Shown here piece by piece: positions 23,409-34,051 of a stretch of 64,000 bases of DNA. Below the pieces are notes generated by a model. That model saw only the letters and a program-made list of their open reading frames with translations. It was not told the DNA's origin and made no database searches. Source of the DNA: Nitrospirota bacterium (lineage in GTDB: Bacteria; Nitrospirota; UBA9217). A program made the position numbers and the translations under genes. The stretch's first letter is position 1; the number at the start of each line of letters is the position of its first letter. The stretch covers positions 64,001 to 128,000 of the forward strand of contig CAVVOB010000023.1 in the NCBI GenBank assembly GCA_963749655.1. The letters are read 5' to 3'.

Positions 23409-24793
23409 ACTCTTCCTCCATGCGTTTGAATGATATGCTTCACGATCGCCAGGCCGAGACCCGTTCCATGGATCCTGCCCGCCCCGGGCACCTGGCGGAA
23501 CTTGTCGAAGATCGCCTCGGCATGCTCCTGCGGAATGCCCGGACCGGTGTCGGAAACCGAGACGATGACGGTCGACTCATCGTGCCGTGCGGCAATGCGC
23601 ACCGTGCCGCCGCGGGGCGTGAACTTCAGGGCGTTGCCGACCAGGTTGCGCAGCACCTGGAGAATCCGCTCGGAGTCCATGGAAACGTCCACCAGCCTTC
23701 CTACTTCGCTCACGAGCGAGATCTGCTTCGACTCGGCCAGCGGCCCCACTTCCTGCACGACCCGGGCGATGAGCGGCGAGAGATCGGCCCGGGCCAGCGT
23801 GAAGGTCAGCATCCCCGATTCGAGCTTGGAAAGATCGAGAACGGAATTGACCAGCTCGATGAGCCGGTTGCTTTCCTCGGAGATGATCGTCAGCAGCCGC
23901 TTCTGCTTTTCCGTCACGTCGCCGCCCCGTCCCTCCAGGAACAGGTTGGTCCCCTCCTTGATGGAGGTGAGGGGGGTCCGAAGCTCATGGGACATGAGTG
24001 AAAAAAAGTCGGACTTCATCCTGTCCACGACCTTGAGGTTGCGGCACATGGTGTTGAACGCCTGGGCCAGCTCGCCGATCTCGGGCGGCGAGGGCAGCTT
24101 CAGATCGGCCTCGAACACGCCGTCGGCTATGTCTTTCGTCTTCTTCTGCATGATCCTAAGCGGTTTGGTGATGCTCCGGGTGATCAGGACCGCAAGGAGG
24201 AGGCCGAACACCAGGGACAGAGTGCTCACGGTAATGGCAACGGTCCTCGCTTCCGTGCCCGCCTCGCTCAGCTTCCGCACCTTATCGACGATGGCCTGCT
24301 GACCCAGGGCCCGCACCTTGGACAGCTCATCGAGCGCGGCGCCGACCATCTGCTCCTTCTCGGCGTCGTAGAGTGCCTTCGCGTACGACTGCCCTTCCCG
24401 GAGATACTCCGCCTCCTGCGTGAACAGGTACACATAGGTCTGATGCAGGTCGGCGATGGACATCAGCGAAGCGCGGACCTCGCCGGACACGTCGAGGCGG
24501 ATGGATTCGGCGAGCTTCTTCCCGAACTCTTCCTTGGACTTGAGGAATCCATCATAGAATGCCCGGTCTCGTACGATGAGATACTTCTTTTCGTACCTCG
24601 TTTCGGACAGGAGGTCGTCCGTCAGCTCCTTGTTGAGGCTGATGAGCGTGTTATCCGTCAGGATGATGGAGTGCGTGACGTCGTTGACCCGTCCGAGCTG
24701 CACGATCGCGTACACGCTCATGCCCGCCACCAGAACGAGCAGCACGGAATACCCCAGTATCAGTCTTGACAGGATGCTCAGTCTCACATACAC
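23351..24793 (-). CDS. Membrane sensor histidine kinase with HAMP domain (GlrK-like)
   Basis: Two TM helices, HAMP, MSHELRTPLTSI, NLVGNALKFT, DTGPGI, GTGLGLAI. Confidence 0.95.
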   Translation of the reverse strand: MYVRLSILSRLILGYSVLLVLVAGMSVYAIVQLGRVNDVTHSIILTDNTLISLNKELTDDLLSETRYEKKYLIVRDRAFYDGFLKSKEEFGKKLAESIRLDVSGEVRASLMSIADLHQTYVYLFTQEAEYLREGQSYAKALYDAEKEQMVGAALDELSKVRALGQQAIVDKVRKLSEAGTEARTVAITVSTLSLVFGLLLAVLITRSITKPLRIMQKKTKDIADGVFEADLKLPSPPEIGELAQAFNTMCRNLKVVDRMKSDFFSLMSHELRTPLTSIKEGTNLFLEGRGGDVTEKQKRLLTIISEESNRLIELVNSVLDLSKLESGMLTFTLARADLSPLIARVVQEVGPLAESKQISLVSEVGRLVDVSMDSERILQVLRNLVGNALKFTPRGGTVRIAARHDESTVIVSVSDTGPGIPQEHAEAIFDKFRQVPGAGRIHGTGLGLAIVKHIIQTHGGRVWVLSEPGNGSTFLFQLPV

Positions 24794-25254
24794 CGCCCTC
24801 AGCGGCTTTACTCACCGGTCTCTGCAGGTGAAAAAGACAAAAATATATACGAATATATACGGCTGCTACTAAAGAAGGAGAACAGCGCGGCTTCTGGAGA
24901 GAGCATAATACACCAGACCAATATTTTTTTTCCAGTTAAATGACGACCGCCTCATGAAAATCTTCAGTACAGCAGCACAATCCACCGGATTTTTCGTTCT
25001 TCTGTTGAAAATGTTGCTCCTCAATTAAAGATACCACCCTGCTCAACAAAAATTTTTCGCGGGGCACTCGAAGGAGGCCGGCGGTGCCGGTCAATAATCA
25101 ACTATCAGCGGCAAGCTGTCCGCTACCACCGTTTTTCTCCCATGACGAGCGGCCCTCTCCCCGTTGCAGTCGTGAACGGACGTCTTGCTCCCGTGCCGCT
25201 GCAGCACCTCCTGAAAGGCTTTCGCTTTCAGAAGGCTTTCGGGTATAATAGCCT

Positions 25255-26241
25255 ATGCACATCCGCGATGTTCTCATACAGAACCCCCTCGTCCTCGCGC
25301 CCATGGCCGGGATAACCGACTTTCCCTTCCGGAGGATCTGCAAGGAGATGGGCGCCGGTCTCGTCTATTCCGAGATGCTGAGCGTCGAAGCCCTGATCCG
25401 GGACCACAAGCGCACCAAGGGGATGCTCACGACCGACCCCGTCGAGCGACCCGTGGTGTTTCAGATCTTCGGCGGCAGGCCCGCATCGATGGCCGATGCC
25501 GCGCGCATTGTTTCCGAAAGCCCCGTGGATTTCATCGACATCAACATGGGCTGCCCGGTACCGAAGGTCCTGAAGAGCGGCGCCGGCTCGGCGCTGCTTC
25601 GCGACCTGCCCCTTGCCCGGGAGATCATGTCCGCCGTGGTCAAGGCATCGGTCGTTCCGGTTACGGTCAAGATACGCCTCGGATGGGACGCGAAGAGCTT
25701 TGTGGCCGTCGATTTTGCAAAGGCCGCGGAAGACGCCGGCATCGTGGCAGTGACGGTCCACGGCAGGACCAAGGTGCAGGGCTTCTCCGGCGATGCCGAC
25801 TGGAGCATGATCAAGGCCGTGAAGGACGCGGTCAGGATCCCGGTCATCGGCAACGGCGACATCCGCTCGGCCCGCGACGCGAAGCTGATGATGGAGCAAA
25901 CCGGCTGCGACGGCGTCATGATCGGCCGCGCCATCCAGGGCAATCCCTGGATCTTCCGCGAAGCCCGGCACTATCTCGCGACCGGGGGCCTCCTGCCTCC
26001 GCCGTCGCCTGAAGAGCGGGAAGCAGTGATGCTCCGCCACCTGAACGACATGGTCAAAATGACCGGCGAACACATCGGGGTCCGGGAAATGCGCAAGCAC
26101 CTTTGCTGGTACACGAAGGGGCTGCCCGGCGGCGCTGAATTCAGGGAGCGGATCAATCGCATGGATGAAGCGGAAGAGGTGAAGCAGGAGATCGGCGCAT
26201 TTTTCGTAGGTCTGGAAAACAGCGCCGTGGCGTCGCTTTAA
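25255..26241 (+). CDS. dusB: tRNA dihydrouridine synthase DusB (probably leaderless mRNA)
   Basis: LAPMAGITD, DINMGCP, VHGRT, VIGNGDI, GVMIGR. TATAAT at 25244-25249 ends 5 nt before the ATG. Confidence 0.95.
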   Translation: MHIRDVLIQNPLVLAPMAGITDFPFRRICKEMGAGLVYSEMLSVEALIRDHKRTKGMLTTDPVERPVVFQIFGGRPASMADAARIVSESPVDFIDINMGCPVPKVLKSGAGSALLRDLPLAREIMSAVVKASVVPVTVKIRLGWDAKSFVAVDFAKAAEDAGIVAVTVHGRTKVQGFSGDADWSMIKAVKDAVRIPVIGNGDIRSARDAKLMMEQTGCDGVMIGRAIQGNPWIFREARHYLATGGLLPPPSPEEREAVMLRHLNDMVKMTGEHIGVREMRKHLCWYTKGLPGGAEFRERINRMDEAEEVKQEIGAFFVGLENSAVASL

Positions 26242-26337
26242 AGCCGTTGGATCCCCCCTGCCTCAGTCATGGAGGGGCAGGCTTGCACGCCCGGTATGAC
26301 TGCTGCCTTGAAAAAAGTCGCCGGAATAAAGCTCTCT

Positions 26338-26409
26338 GACAGGATAACAGGATAAAATCGGGATAAGATTCCGCTGAATTTCTAATCCTGTTCATCCTGT
26401 TATCCTGTC
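26338..26409. repeat. Inverted ACAGGAT-type repeat arrays
   Basis: GACAGGATAACAGGATAA ... ATCCTGTTCATCCTGTTATCCTGTC. Confidence 0.7.
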
Positions 26410-26441
26410 TATGATTGGGTTCAATTTCTTCGAGCTCAACA

Positions 26442-26813
26442 ATGAAACCGGAAAAGGACAAACAGGACGAGATCATCGCCGAAGCCAGGCGACACCGCGA
26501 GCAGCGGGAGAAGGAATACCGCGAGCGGGCGCTCAAGATGTATCCCCATCTCTGTGCGCGCTGCGGACGGGAATTCGCCGGGAAGAAGCTTCGCGAGCTG
26601 ACGGTCCACCACAAGGACCACAACCACGACAACAATCCGCCCGACGGCAGCAACTGGGAGCTGCTCTGCCTCTACTGCCACGACAACGAACATCAGGAGT
26701 ATCTGGACACGGAGACCTTCGGCAAGGAGTCTCCCGCAGGACCAGGCGGCCGACCCTCCACCTACAAGCCCTTCGAGGCGCTTGCCGATCTCTTGAAAAA
26801 CAAAAAACCATGA
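26442..26813 (+). CDS. YajD family HNH nuclease
   Basis: YRERALKMYPHLCARCGREF...LTVHHKDHNHDNNPPDGSNWELLCLYCHDNEH. Confidence 0.92.
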   Translation: MKPEKDKQDEIIAEARRHREQREKEYRERALKMYPHLCARCGREFAGKKLRELTVHHKDHNHDNNPPDGSNWELLCLYCHDNEHQEYLDTETFGKESPAGPGGRPSTYKPFEALADLLKNKKP

Positions 26814-27149
26814 TCCGAGTGGAGCCCCCTCCGGCATCCCGACCTGTCGGGACTAAAATTGACGCGACCTCCCGCCTGCACCCGGCGTTTACGAGTGCGG
26901 ATGCACGGAGTGCCAGGTGGAACTGCGAACTCGCGCATGCGTGACACGTTCGTGTCACGCGCGAGTGAGCGCTTTCCACCCCCGGCCGGAGCCGGGGGAT
27001 GCCAAGGCGCGGGATAGCTCTGAACCGTTCCTGTTAGCCGCTGCCTTTCTTCAATTCCCGCATTGACATGCCCTGCCCCATTGATTAAACTTATTCGAGG
27101 ACGTGAATGAAGAGAATCCCTTTTTTGAATTGAAAGGACGGACAGCTTC

Positions 27150-27710
27150 ATGAAGAACTTTATTCGGACCACAGCAGCAGTCGCGGCGTTCTGCTTTTTT
27201 GCCGGGCTGGCTATTGCCGAACCTCCCGCAACATCGCCCCGCGATCAGAAGGACGCCGCAGGCGCCCAGGATTCCTTTTCTCTTGTTCCTCCGAAAAAAT
27301 GGTCCGTCAATATCAAAGATGCCAACGCGAGAGGCATGTACGCCTACATGCTGATGGACGGCTACACCTATGAAACATCACCGGCACTCATCTACGTCAG
27401 GATAATGGACAAAATGGGCGTTGGCGTGGATGAACACCTGAAAGAGGACATGAAGGAGTCTCGCAAGGCAAGTCCCGACGTCACCTTTCAACCTTTCAAG
27501 GTCGACGGCCTGAAATATTCCTACGCAGCCAAAAAATACACTTACGGCAAGACCTCGTGCGACTACCTCTGCTATGTCGATCCCGGAAAGGACGAGCAGA
27601 CCTTCCTGATCTTTGTTCTGTCCTCGGACTATAAGAACTGCGGAAAATATTCGGAAGAATTCAGGACCGTGCTCAAATCCTTTGTTTGGGGCGGCACGTC
27701 AGGCCAATAA
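27150..27710 (+). CDS. Secreted hypothetical protein
   Basis: Signal peptide ending AIA; no recognised motif. Confidence 0.7.
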   Translation: MKNFIRTTAAVAAFCFFAGLAIAEPPATSPRDQKDAAGAQDSFSLVPPKKWSVNIKDANARGMYAYMLMDGYTYETSPALIYVRIMDKMGVGVDEHLKEDMKESRKASPDVTFQPFKVDGLKYSYAAKKYTYGKTSCDYLCYVDPGKDEQTFLIFVLSSDYKNCGKYSEEFRTVLKSFVWGGTSGQ

Positions 27711-27746
27711 AGACCAGCAGGCCGCCGGAAGAGGGGGGAGGGTTCA

Positions 27747-28202
27747 TCATGCCATTTTGTGATTCTTCATCTCCCGTTCTTGTTGTCTCTTGAATCTTCT
27801 CAACTCGCTGATCGTCATGCACCGTGCCGAAGCCTCCCGCACGAAACTGATGTCTTCTTCAGCCTCGTCCATCCCGAGATCAGCGCAGATGGAAGCAAGG
27901 ATTTCCTTTTGCAGGACAGGAAAGTCACGCGACCTTATCATCGAGAGAAGCGCCTTTCGCACGCCGGCTCTGGCCTCTTCCGACGGAAGCTTGTCGTAGT
28001 ATTTTTTCCTGAAATTCAGAGGCGTACCGTTCGCGCCCATTCCGTTGAGACGAGTACCTGCTATCTCCATCCATAATTCTTTTCTCAGTCTCCTGGACGG
28101 ATCTTTTTCCCGTTCTGCCGGACGGTAGAATCGAAAATAAAAAATCCAGTCCCTGATCACATCAAGGACCAACACTATGCCGGAACGGACGGGATTTTCC
28201 AT
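27747..28202 (-). CDS. Hypothetical protein
   Basis: AGGAGG RBS before ATG; co-oriented just downstream of the NAD-kinase-like gene. Confidence 0.65.
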   Translation of the reverse strand: MENPVRSGIVLVLDVIRDWIFYFRFYRPAEREKDPSRRLRKELWMEIAGTRLNGMGANGTPLNFRKKYYDKLPSEEARAGVRKALLSMIRSRDFPVLQKEILASICADLGMDEAEEDISFVREASARCMTISELRRFKRQQEREMKNHKMA

Positions 28203-28232
28203 GGCTCCTCCTTTTTTGTACCTGCTTGCGCG

Positions 28233-29168
28233 TTAGACCACAAGACGCCCCTTCTTCTCCGACACGCTCACTATCGCCTGTGTCCCGGAATTGAACTCCA
28301 GGTAGTCCGCCTCGATTCCATCACTGAAAATGACGCCGTTTTCGGGCATCTGGGAAACGAGACTCATCGGTTCTTTCGGAGTGACCTTGCCGAAGACCAG
28401 CGTCGCGGCCGATGCTTTGCTGGGGAACGGTTCCCGCACCGTGTAGTAAAGGTAATCCGATTCCCACTTGAAATTTTTCAGGACATCGGCATCAAAGGCC
28501 TTCCCGAATGTACTCCCGATCCCCCGTGCGCCCGCCAGGATGCTCGTGAGCCATCCTGTCGAGCCGAGACCTGTTGAGACAATGATCCCGCTCGACGACT
28601 GCTGCTCATGCTTAGTTCCGATACCGAGCAGATACCGTGCCGAGACGTGCGACCGGGGACCGATAAAAAGATCGTTCACGCCGTAAAGGACCTGTCCGTT
28701 ATTGAGCCCGACCTTGGCCATGGTGATCTCCCGTACCTGACGCCTGCGCGCAAAAACATCGGGCACGACCCCGGCCACGTCGCCTACGCCGAAGGGAAGC
28801 AGAACCCCGTCGTAACGCGCGGGATCGGGATTCACTGCGATGACCGGCTGGCCGTGAAGGTATTTGAGCGTATTCGCCACGAGGCCGTCCTGCCCAAGGA
28901 CAACGATGGTGTCTTCATCGCCGAACACGAAGTTCGTTAAAAATGCCCGGTCCAGTACCTGTACGCGCCCGAGGTCGCGCAGCTGGGCTTCCATTGTCTG
29001 CAGGGAACTCTTGTAGTTCCTGTGCTCGATCTCATAATCGGTAAAATCAGCGCCGAGGTGTTCTACATAGAATTTCGCCTGCCCGGGAGTATTGAACCGG
29101 ACGATGAGCTCTTCCAAACGCGTCGTCCTGGTGATCAGGATGATCTTATTTTCCGTCAGCCGTTTCAT
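28233..29168 (-). CDS. NAD-kinase-like protein (NrtR-associated)
   Basis: VLGQDGLVAN (variant GGDG), GVNDLFIG, SSSGIIVSTGLGSTGW, FSDG. Confidence 0.85.
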   Translation of the reverse strand: MKRLTENKIILITRTTRLEELIVRFNTPGQAKFYVEHLGADFTDYEIEHRNYKSSLQTMEAQLRDLGRVQVLDRAFLTNFVFGDEDTIVVLGQDGLVANTLKYLHGQPVIAVNPDPARYDGVLLPFGVGDVAGVVPDVFARRRQVREITMAKVGLNNGQVLYGVNDLFIGPRSHVSARYLLGIGTKHEQQSSSGIIVSTGLGSTGWLTSILAGARGIGSTFGKAFDADVLKNFKWESDYLYYTVREPFPSKASAATLVFGKVTPKEPMSLVSQMPENGVIFSDGIEADYLEFNSGTQAIVSVSEKKGRLVV

Positions 29169-29172
29169 GCGC

Positions 29173-30189
29173 TTACCTGCTTTGTTTTGCCAGCTCCCGC
29201 AGAAGATCCGGCGAAATGTTCAATTCTCCGATCTTGGCTGCGCTCCCCGCCAGTTCGCGGAACGAAGCGGCGATCAGCTGGTTCGGCTGCATGCCCATGC
29301 TTGCCAGAGAATTGAGGACCTTGGGATCGATCCTGGCGATCGCTTCCATGACCGCCGACATGCTGTAGGCCTTGGCGTCGGCCTCGACCCGGGCGTTTTC
29401 CGCGCTCAGCTGGACGAGTTCCTTGTTCTTCTCTTCAAGAGAGACCTTTCCGGCCATCTCTTCTTCCATGAGCAGCCGTTTCTTCTCCTGCACCGCCCGC
29501 TCGGCATCCATCTGGGTTTCCCGGATCTGGCGCTTCTTGTTCTCGACGGCGATGTCGGTATTGAGTTCATTTTCCTTGATCGCCCGCTCCTGCTCGATAG
29601 CCGAGTTTCTGCGGCCGTAAATGGCCTCGTCCGCTTCCATAAGAAGCTGTTCCCGAACTCCCGCCTCCAGCGCCCGCGCCGTCTCAGGGGTCGGTTTGAT
29701 CGCGAGAATGGAAAGATCGAGAATTTCGATCCCCAGCGAGCTGAGAACTGTCGATTCCGACATGGCTGCCTTGACCTTTTTCACGAGCATGTCAAAGGAA
29801 ATCAGCACATCGCGCAGCGGAAGCGCCTGGAGTTCGGCCCGGATGAGCACCTGCACCTGGTTGATGATCCGTGCCGGGAACTTTTCCGGATCGTCGGAGA
29901 CGTATTTCCGGTTCATAGCATCCAGGGTGAAGTTCAGCATCTTCGCGAGCCGGCCCGGGTCCGCTACGCGGTAGACGACCTGGCCCTGGACCGTCACATC
30001 CTGAAAATCGGACGTCACTTCCTTGAAGATAAAGGGGATGTCCGTACTGGCGATCGGCACGGCTACGAGTGAGGTCAGGGGTGCGAAGTAAAAGAAAGAG
30101 AGACCGGTTCCCTCCCGCACCAGTCTGCCTTTGCGGTACTGCATGAGATACATCGTGGGGTCGACTTTAATGAATTGCATTCCGATCAT
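29173..30189 (-). CDS. SPFH/Band 7 domain protein with coiled-coil C-terminus
   Basis: GLSFFYFAP, TSDFQDVTVQG, ARALEA...RRNSAIEQERAIKENELNTDI. Confidence 0.88.
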   Translation of the reverse strand: MIGMQFIKVDPTMYLMQYRKGRLVREGTGLSFFYFAPLTSLVAVPIASTDIPFIFKEVTSDFQDVTVQGQVVYRVADPGRLAKMLNFTLDAMNRKYVSDDPEKFPARIINQVQVLIRAELQALPLRDVLISFDMLVKKVKAAMSESTVLSSLGIEILDLSILAIKPTPETARALEAGVREQLLMEADEAIYGRRNSAIEQERAIKENELNTDIAVENKKRQIRETQMDAERAVQEKKRLLMEEEMAGKVSLEEKNKELVQLSAENARVEADAKAYSMSAVMEAIARIDPKVLNSLASMGMQPNQLIAASFRELAGSAAKIGELNISPDLLRELAKQSR

Positions 30190-30210
30190 GGCGTCCTCCG
30201 TTTCGGTCCG

Positions 30211-30891
30211 TCAGATTTCAAAATCAAATCCCTTTTCCTTCAGCTGCCGGTACTTCTTCTCATCGAACTGGTACAGCCGCGCTGCGCGGTGCGCCACGTC
30301 CATCTGGACCTCGTCGAGCTCTTTCAGGAGCCCCATGCCCAGGATCTTCTTGCGAAAGTTCCGTTTATCAACATCCTGTTCCAGGACCTTTTCGTACAAC
30401 CGCTGCAGCTCGGTGAGCGTGAACTTCGCCGGCAAAAGCTCGAACCCGACAGGTTCATAGCGGACTTTCCCCCGAAGCCGCCTCAGCGCAACGTCGAAGA
30501 TCCGGTTGTGGTCGAAAGCCAGCTTCGGCACGTCGTCTATGGAAAACCAGGCTGCGTTACGCGCGTCCGTGGCGGCCTTGATCTTGTGGTCGCGGAGGTT
30601 GACCAGGGCGTAATAGGCGACGGAGATCACCCGATCGCGGGGATCGCGGCTGACGTCGCCGAAGGTATACAGCTGCTCCAGGAACACGTTATCGACCCCC
30701 GTTTCCTCCTTAAGCTCCCGCATGGCTGCGGCCTCCAGGGATTCGTCGATATGCACGAATCCTCCGGGCAGGGCCCATCGGCCCTTAAAGGGCTCGAGAT
30801 CGCGCTCGATGAGAATGATCTTGAGGTCCTTCTCGTCGAGGCCGAAAACCACGCAGTCTACGGTAACGCCGGGTTTCTTATAGGTTGTCAT
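30211..30891 (-). CDS. nrtR: Nudix-related transcriptional regulator NrtR
   Basis: [15 protein letters not shown]...[16 protein letters not shown], wHTH FTLTELQ...DKRNFRKKI. Confidence 0.92.
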   Translation of the reverse strand: MTTYKKPGVTVDCVVFGLDEKDLKIILIERDLEPFKGRWALPGGFVHIDESLEAAAMRELKEETGVDNVFLEQLYTFGDVSRDPRDRVISVAYYALVNLRDHKIKAATDARNAAWFSIDDVPKLAFDHNRIFDVALRRLRGKVRYEPVGFELLPAKFTLTELQRLYEKVLEQDVDKRNFRKKILGMGLLKELDEVQMDVAHRAARLYQFDEKKYRQLKEKGFDFEI

Positions 30892-30903
30892 TATTGTTCC
30901 TCA

Positions 30904-30952
30904 ATGGTGTTTCTTTAACACTAAGTATAGTGTATTAATTACACTTTGTCAA
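30904..30952 (-). promoter_or_regulatory. sigma70 promoter overlapped by two 21-bp NrtR-type operators
   Basis: TTGACA (30947-30952)-N17-TATACT (30924-30929); boxes ATGGTGTTTCTTTAACACTAA (30904-30924) and ATAGTGTATTAATTACACTTT (30927-30947). Confidence 0.88.
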
Positions 30953-31063
30953 GAAAAAATTTCTGACCGTCTGGGATATGATCGCGCACATCCCTTCTTG
31001 ACAGCCTCCTGCGAAACCTCTACACTCTTATCCACAATAAGACGACAACAGCGGAGGGACGGC

Positions 31064-32275
31064 ATGAGCGTGTTCGCAAGGATCAGGGAGCGTTTCGCAA
31101 AGGTCAGGAGCAACCTCACAAGCCTCGACAGCCAGCCCTTGAGCAAGGCGGCGCTGGTCATCATTCTTTTTCTTGACGTCTTTATCCTTACCTCGATCTT
31201 TCACGGCCTCGAGGAGCACACCCGTCAGCTCAGCACCCCGGACGCCTACATCCCTCATTCCTGCAGAGACATGGTGATCAACAGGGACTGGAACCCCACG
31301 AACCGGATCGACAACCTCGCTTCCCTTGTGCCCTCCTACGGGGGAGGCTATTACCTGGCGCCTGGTAAAAAGCAGGACATCCATCCTCTCTGCGCGCCCT
31401 ACGTCGACCTTCTGGACCGGATCAAAAGCGACAAGGAGCTCGTCGCCTCGTTCGAAGACCGGGGCAAGTTTTTGAATGAAACAAGGGAGCTCCAGCGCGA
31501 AATCGGGAGCACCAAGGGCGCCTACGACACGTCGCTCTTCGAAACCATCGCAAAACAGAAACAGGGCCAGGCCAATGTCGGCAAGATCAAGCAGGAGGTC
31601 CGAGACAAGACCAATGCCCTGAACACCTTAAAAGAACGGATCGCGGCCCTGGAGCTCACGATCAACGGGAACGCGCTCGTTCAGGCGCTCTGGGAAAAGC
31701 TGCAAACTCTCAGACCCGAGGACCGGGAGAAGTTGAGGGATGACCTGAGCAGGCTGTACTTCTGGTACCCGGTGAAGCGTCTGGCTATGCAGATGGTCTT
31801 CCTCCTGCCGATCTTCGTCGTCTTCTACATATGGAACAACGTGAGCATCAGGAAAAGTCGAGGCCTCCAGGTCCTCGTCTCGTCTCATCTCCTCGTGGTT
31901 TCGTTCATCCCGGTCTTCTTCAAGATCATCGAGACGGTCTACGACATCATTCCGAAAAAATTCCTCGTGAAGGTCATCGCCCTCCTGGAATCCCTCAAGC
32001 TCGTCGGCATCTGGTATTATTTCGTCATTGCCCTTTCCGTGGCCGCGGCCCTATTCCTTATCTATATCTTCCAGAAGAAGCTCTTCTCGCGCGAGAAGAT
32101 GATCGAGCGGAGGATCTCCAAAGGCCTGTGCCAGAACTGCGGCAAGCACCTGCCCCCGGGATCGCAGGCCTGCCCCTTCTGCGGGTTCGGGCAGTTCAAA
32201 AGCTGCCCGGCATGCACAAAGCAGACGCATGTGTACGGAAAGTACTGCAGGGAGTGCGGTAGATTGATGGAGTGA
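31064..32275 (+). CDS. Membrane protein with coiled-coil region and C-terminal double zinc ribbon
   Basis: N-terminal TM, coiled coil, three further TMs; CQNC, CPFC, CPAC, CREC. Confidence 0.8.
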   Translation: MSVFARIRERFAKVRSNLTSLDSQPLSKAALVIILFLDVFILTSIFHGLEEHTRQLSTPDAYIPHSCRDMVINRDWNPTNRIDNLASLVPSYGGGYYLAPGKKQDIHPLCAPYVDLLDRIKSDKELVASFEDRGKFLNETRELQREIGSTKGAYDTSLFETIAKQKQGQANVGKIKQEVRDKTNALNTLKERIAALELTINGNALVQALWEKLQTLRPEDREKLRDDLSRLYFWYPVKRLAMQMVFLLPIFVVFYIWNNVSIRKSRGLQVLVSSHLLVVSFIPVFFKIIETVYDIIPKKFLVKVIALLESLKLVGIWYYFVIALSVAAALFLIYIFQKKLFSREKMIERRISKGLCQNCGKHLPPGSQACPFCGFGQFKSCPACTKQTHVYGKYCRECGRLME

Positions 32276-32365
32276 ATAAATCACGAAAGATCGTTTACCG
32301 CGAAGGCGCGAAGGACGCGAAGGAAACAATTCTTGGTTTGGGTTAAAAAAGCTTTTGATGGTTCC

Positions 32366-32535
32366 CATGCGAAAATTTAGGCAGGCGACTGAGGACGAGG
32401 ATTAAGCATTTCGGACTGTCTGAGCCCGAAGGGCGAGTTTCCGAAATGTACCGAGTACGACCGAGCCTGCCGTAAAGAATTTTCGCCGGGTGCCCTTCTT
32501 TGGGTCCCCTTTCTTGGGCACGCAAGAAAGGGGAC
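32366..32535 (+). repeat. ~170-bp palindromic MITE-like element, copy A
   Basis: Internal hairpin AGGCAGGCGA...CATTTCGGA...TCCGAAATG...GAGCCTGCC; terminal CCCCTTTCTTG...CAAGAAAGGGG; inverted homolog at 35327-35603. Confidence 0.8.
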
Positions 32536-32764
32536 GGGAGCATGAGTCAATTAGAATCATCAAATAAGTATTGCTACTCACCTAAAAAAGAAAAAAACAA
32601 TCCATCCTTTTATTCTTTATCGGGTCTAAAATAATATATAGGCGTCTGCTACAAAGCGGTCGATTGCTTTCCCATGATACTTTTGCACCCACCTTCATGG
32701 AAGCAATGGACAAAGAAGGGCGCCCATCAGCGACTCCAGGTTGGAAAACGAAAGGAGCAGCGCT

Positions 32765-34025
32765 GTGAATAAGACCTTCATAAAGAGTTTTTTTCTTTCC
32801 CTTGTTGTGTCCCTTTCGACGCTCCTGTCCGCTCAGGCTTGGGCGGAGGACGAAGAGCTGATTTACCCAATGCCGTTTACGGCAGAGGAGCTCGACAACC
32901 TCCTTGCTCCGATCGCTCTCTACCCCGATCCTCTGCTCGCCCAGATACTGCCAGCCTCGACATACCCAGATGACGTTGTTGAAGCTGATGCGTGGTTCAC
33001 TAGCGGAGGGGATCCCTCGCGTATCGACGAGCAGAACTGGGCCGAGTCCGTCAGGGCGATTGCCCGCTATCCGGACATTCTGCAGATGATGGCCCGGAAC
33101 ATTGATTGGGCTGCCAACGTGGGAGACGCTTTTCTGAACCAACCGGAAGAGGTGACCGATTCGATCCAGCGGCTCAGGTGGCAGGCCAGAGCTGCCGGCA
33201 ATCTGGCCAGCAATGCCGAACAAAGCGTCATTGTCGAGGGAGACTATATCCAGATCATTCCGGCACAGCCTCAATATATATACCTCCCTCAGTATGACCC
33301 TGCAGTTGTATATGTCGAGGGGCCGCCTATGGGCGCTCCGCCTTTCATCACCTTCGGCGTGGTGCTGGTGATCGGCGACTGGCTCAGCATGGACTTTGAC
33401 TGGCATCGCCGCCACGTTATTTATCACGGTTGGAACCGGCCGGGCTGGGTCGATCACGCCAGGCCCTATGTGCACATCCGGAACGTTTACATCACCAGAA
33501 ACAGGCCCCTTATAAATCAGACGTGGAGGCACGACAGATCGCGGAACGGCCCGGACAGGTATTTGACAAGACGTCCCAGTGGTCCGAACGCCGACCGGTA
33601 CGAGCGCATGGGAGAAGCACGGGGCAGCACAACGATACGGACCAGGCCGCATTACGGAACATTCAGCCCGGCGAAGCGATGCCCGTGCAATCAGTAATCG
33701 CGGCAAAGAAAGCCGCGGCATAGTGACACCCGTGCCGCCATTGCCGACTCAGGGAATTGTGCGGCAGCGTCCCGCTCCGCCTGCTCCCCAGGTCAGAAGC
33801 ACTGTCAAACCGCCGGAGAGCGAACGCGTGCAGCCTGCCAGGATACCGTCGGTCACCTATGGCGGTTATAGGGGATCAGCCGAGGCAAGAGAGCAGAGTC
33901 TTCGCGGCCAGACCAGCCGGCAGAGCACTGTAGGTGGACGCCCGCCAGCCGCGCCTGCAGGCAAAGGCAGCAGCGCACCGGCGGGCCGGGATTCCTCCAG
34001 GGAAGATCAACGCAGGCAGCGATAA
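32765..34025 (+). CDS. DUF3300 domain protein, frameshift near 33670
   Basis: ELDNLLAPIALYPDPLLAQILPASTYP; Arg/Pro-rich tail continues in a second frame. Confidence 0.88.
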
Positions 34026-34051
34026 GAGGAGTGCAAGCACTGCGTTTAAAT

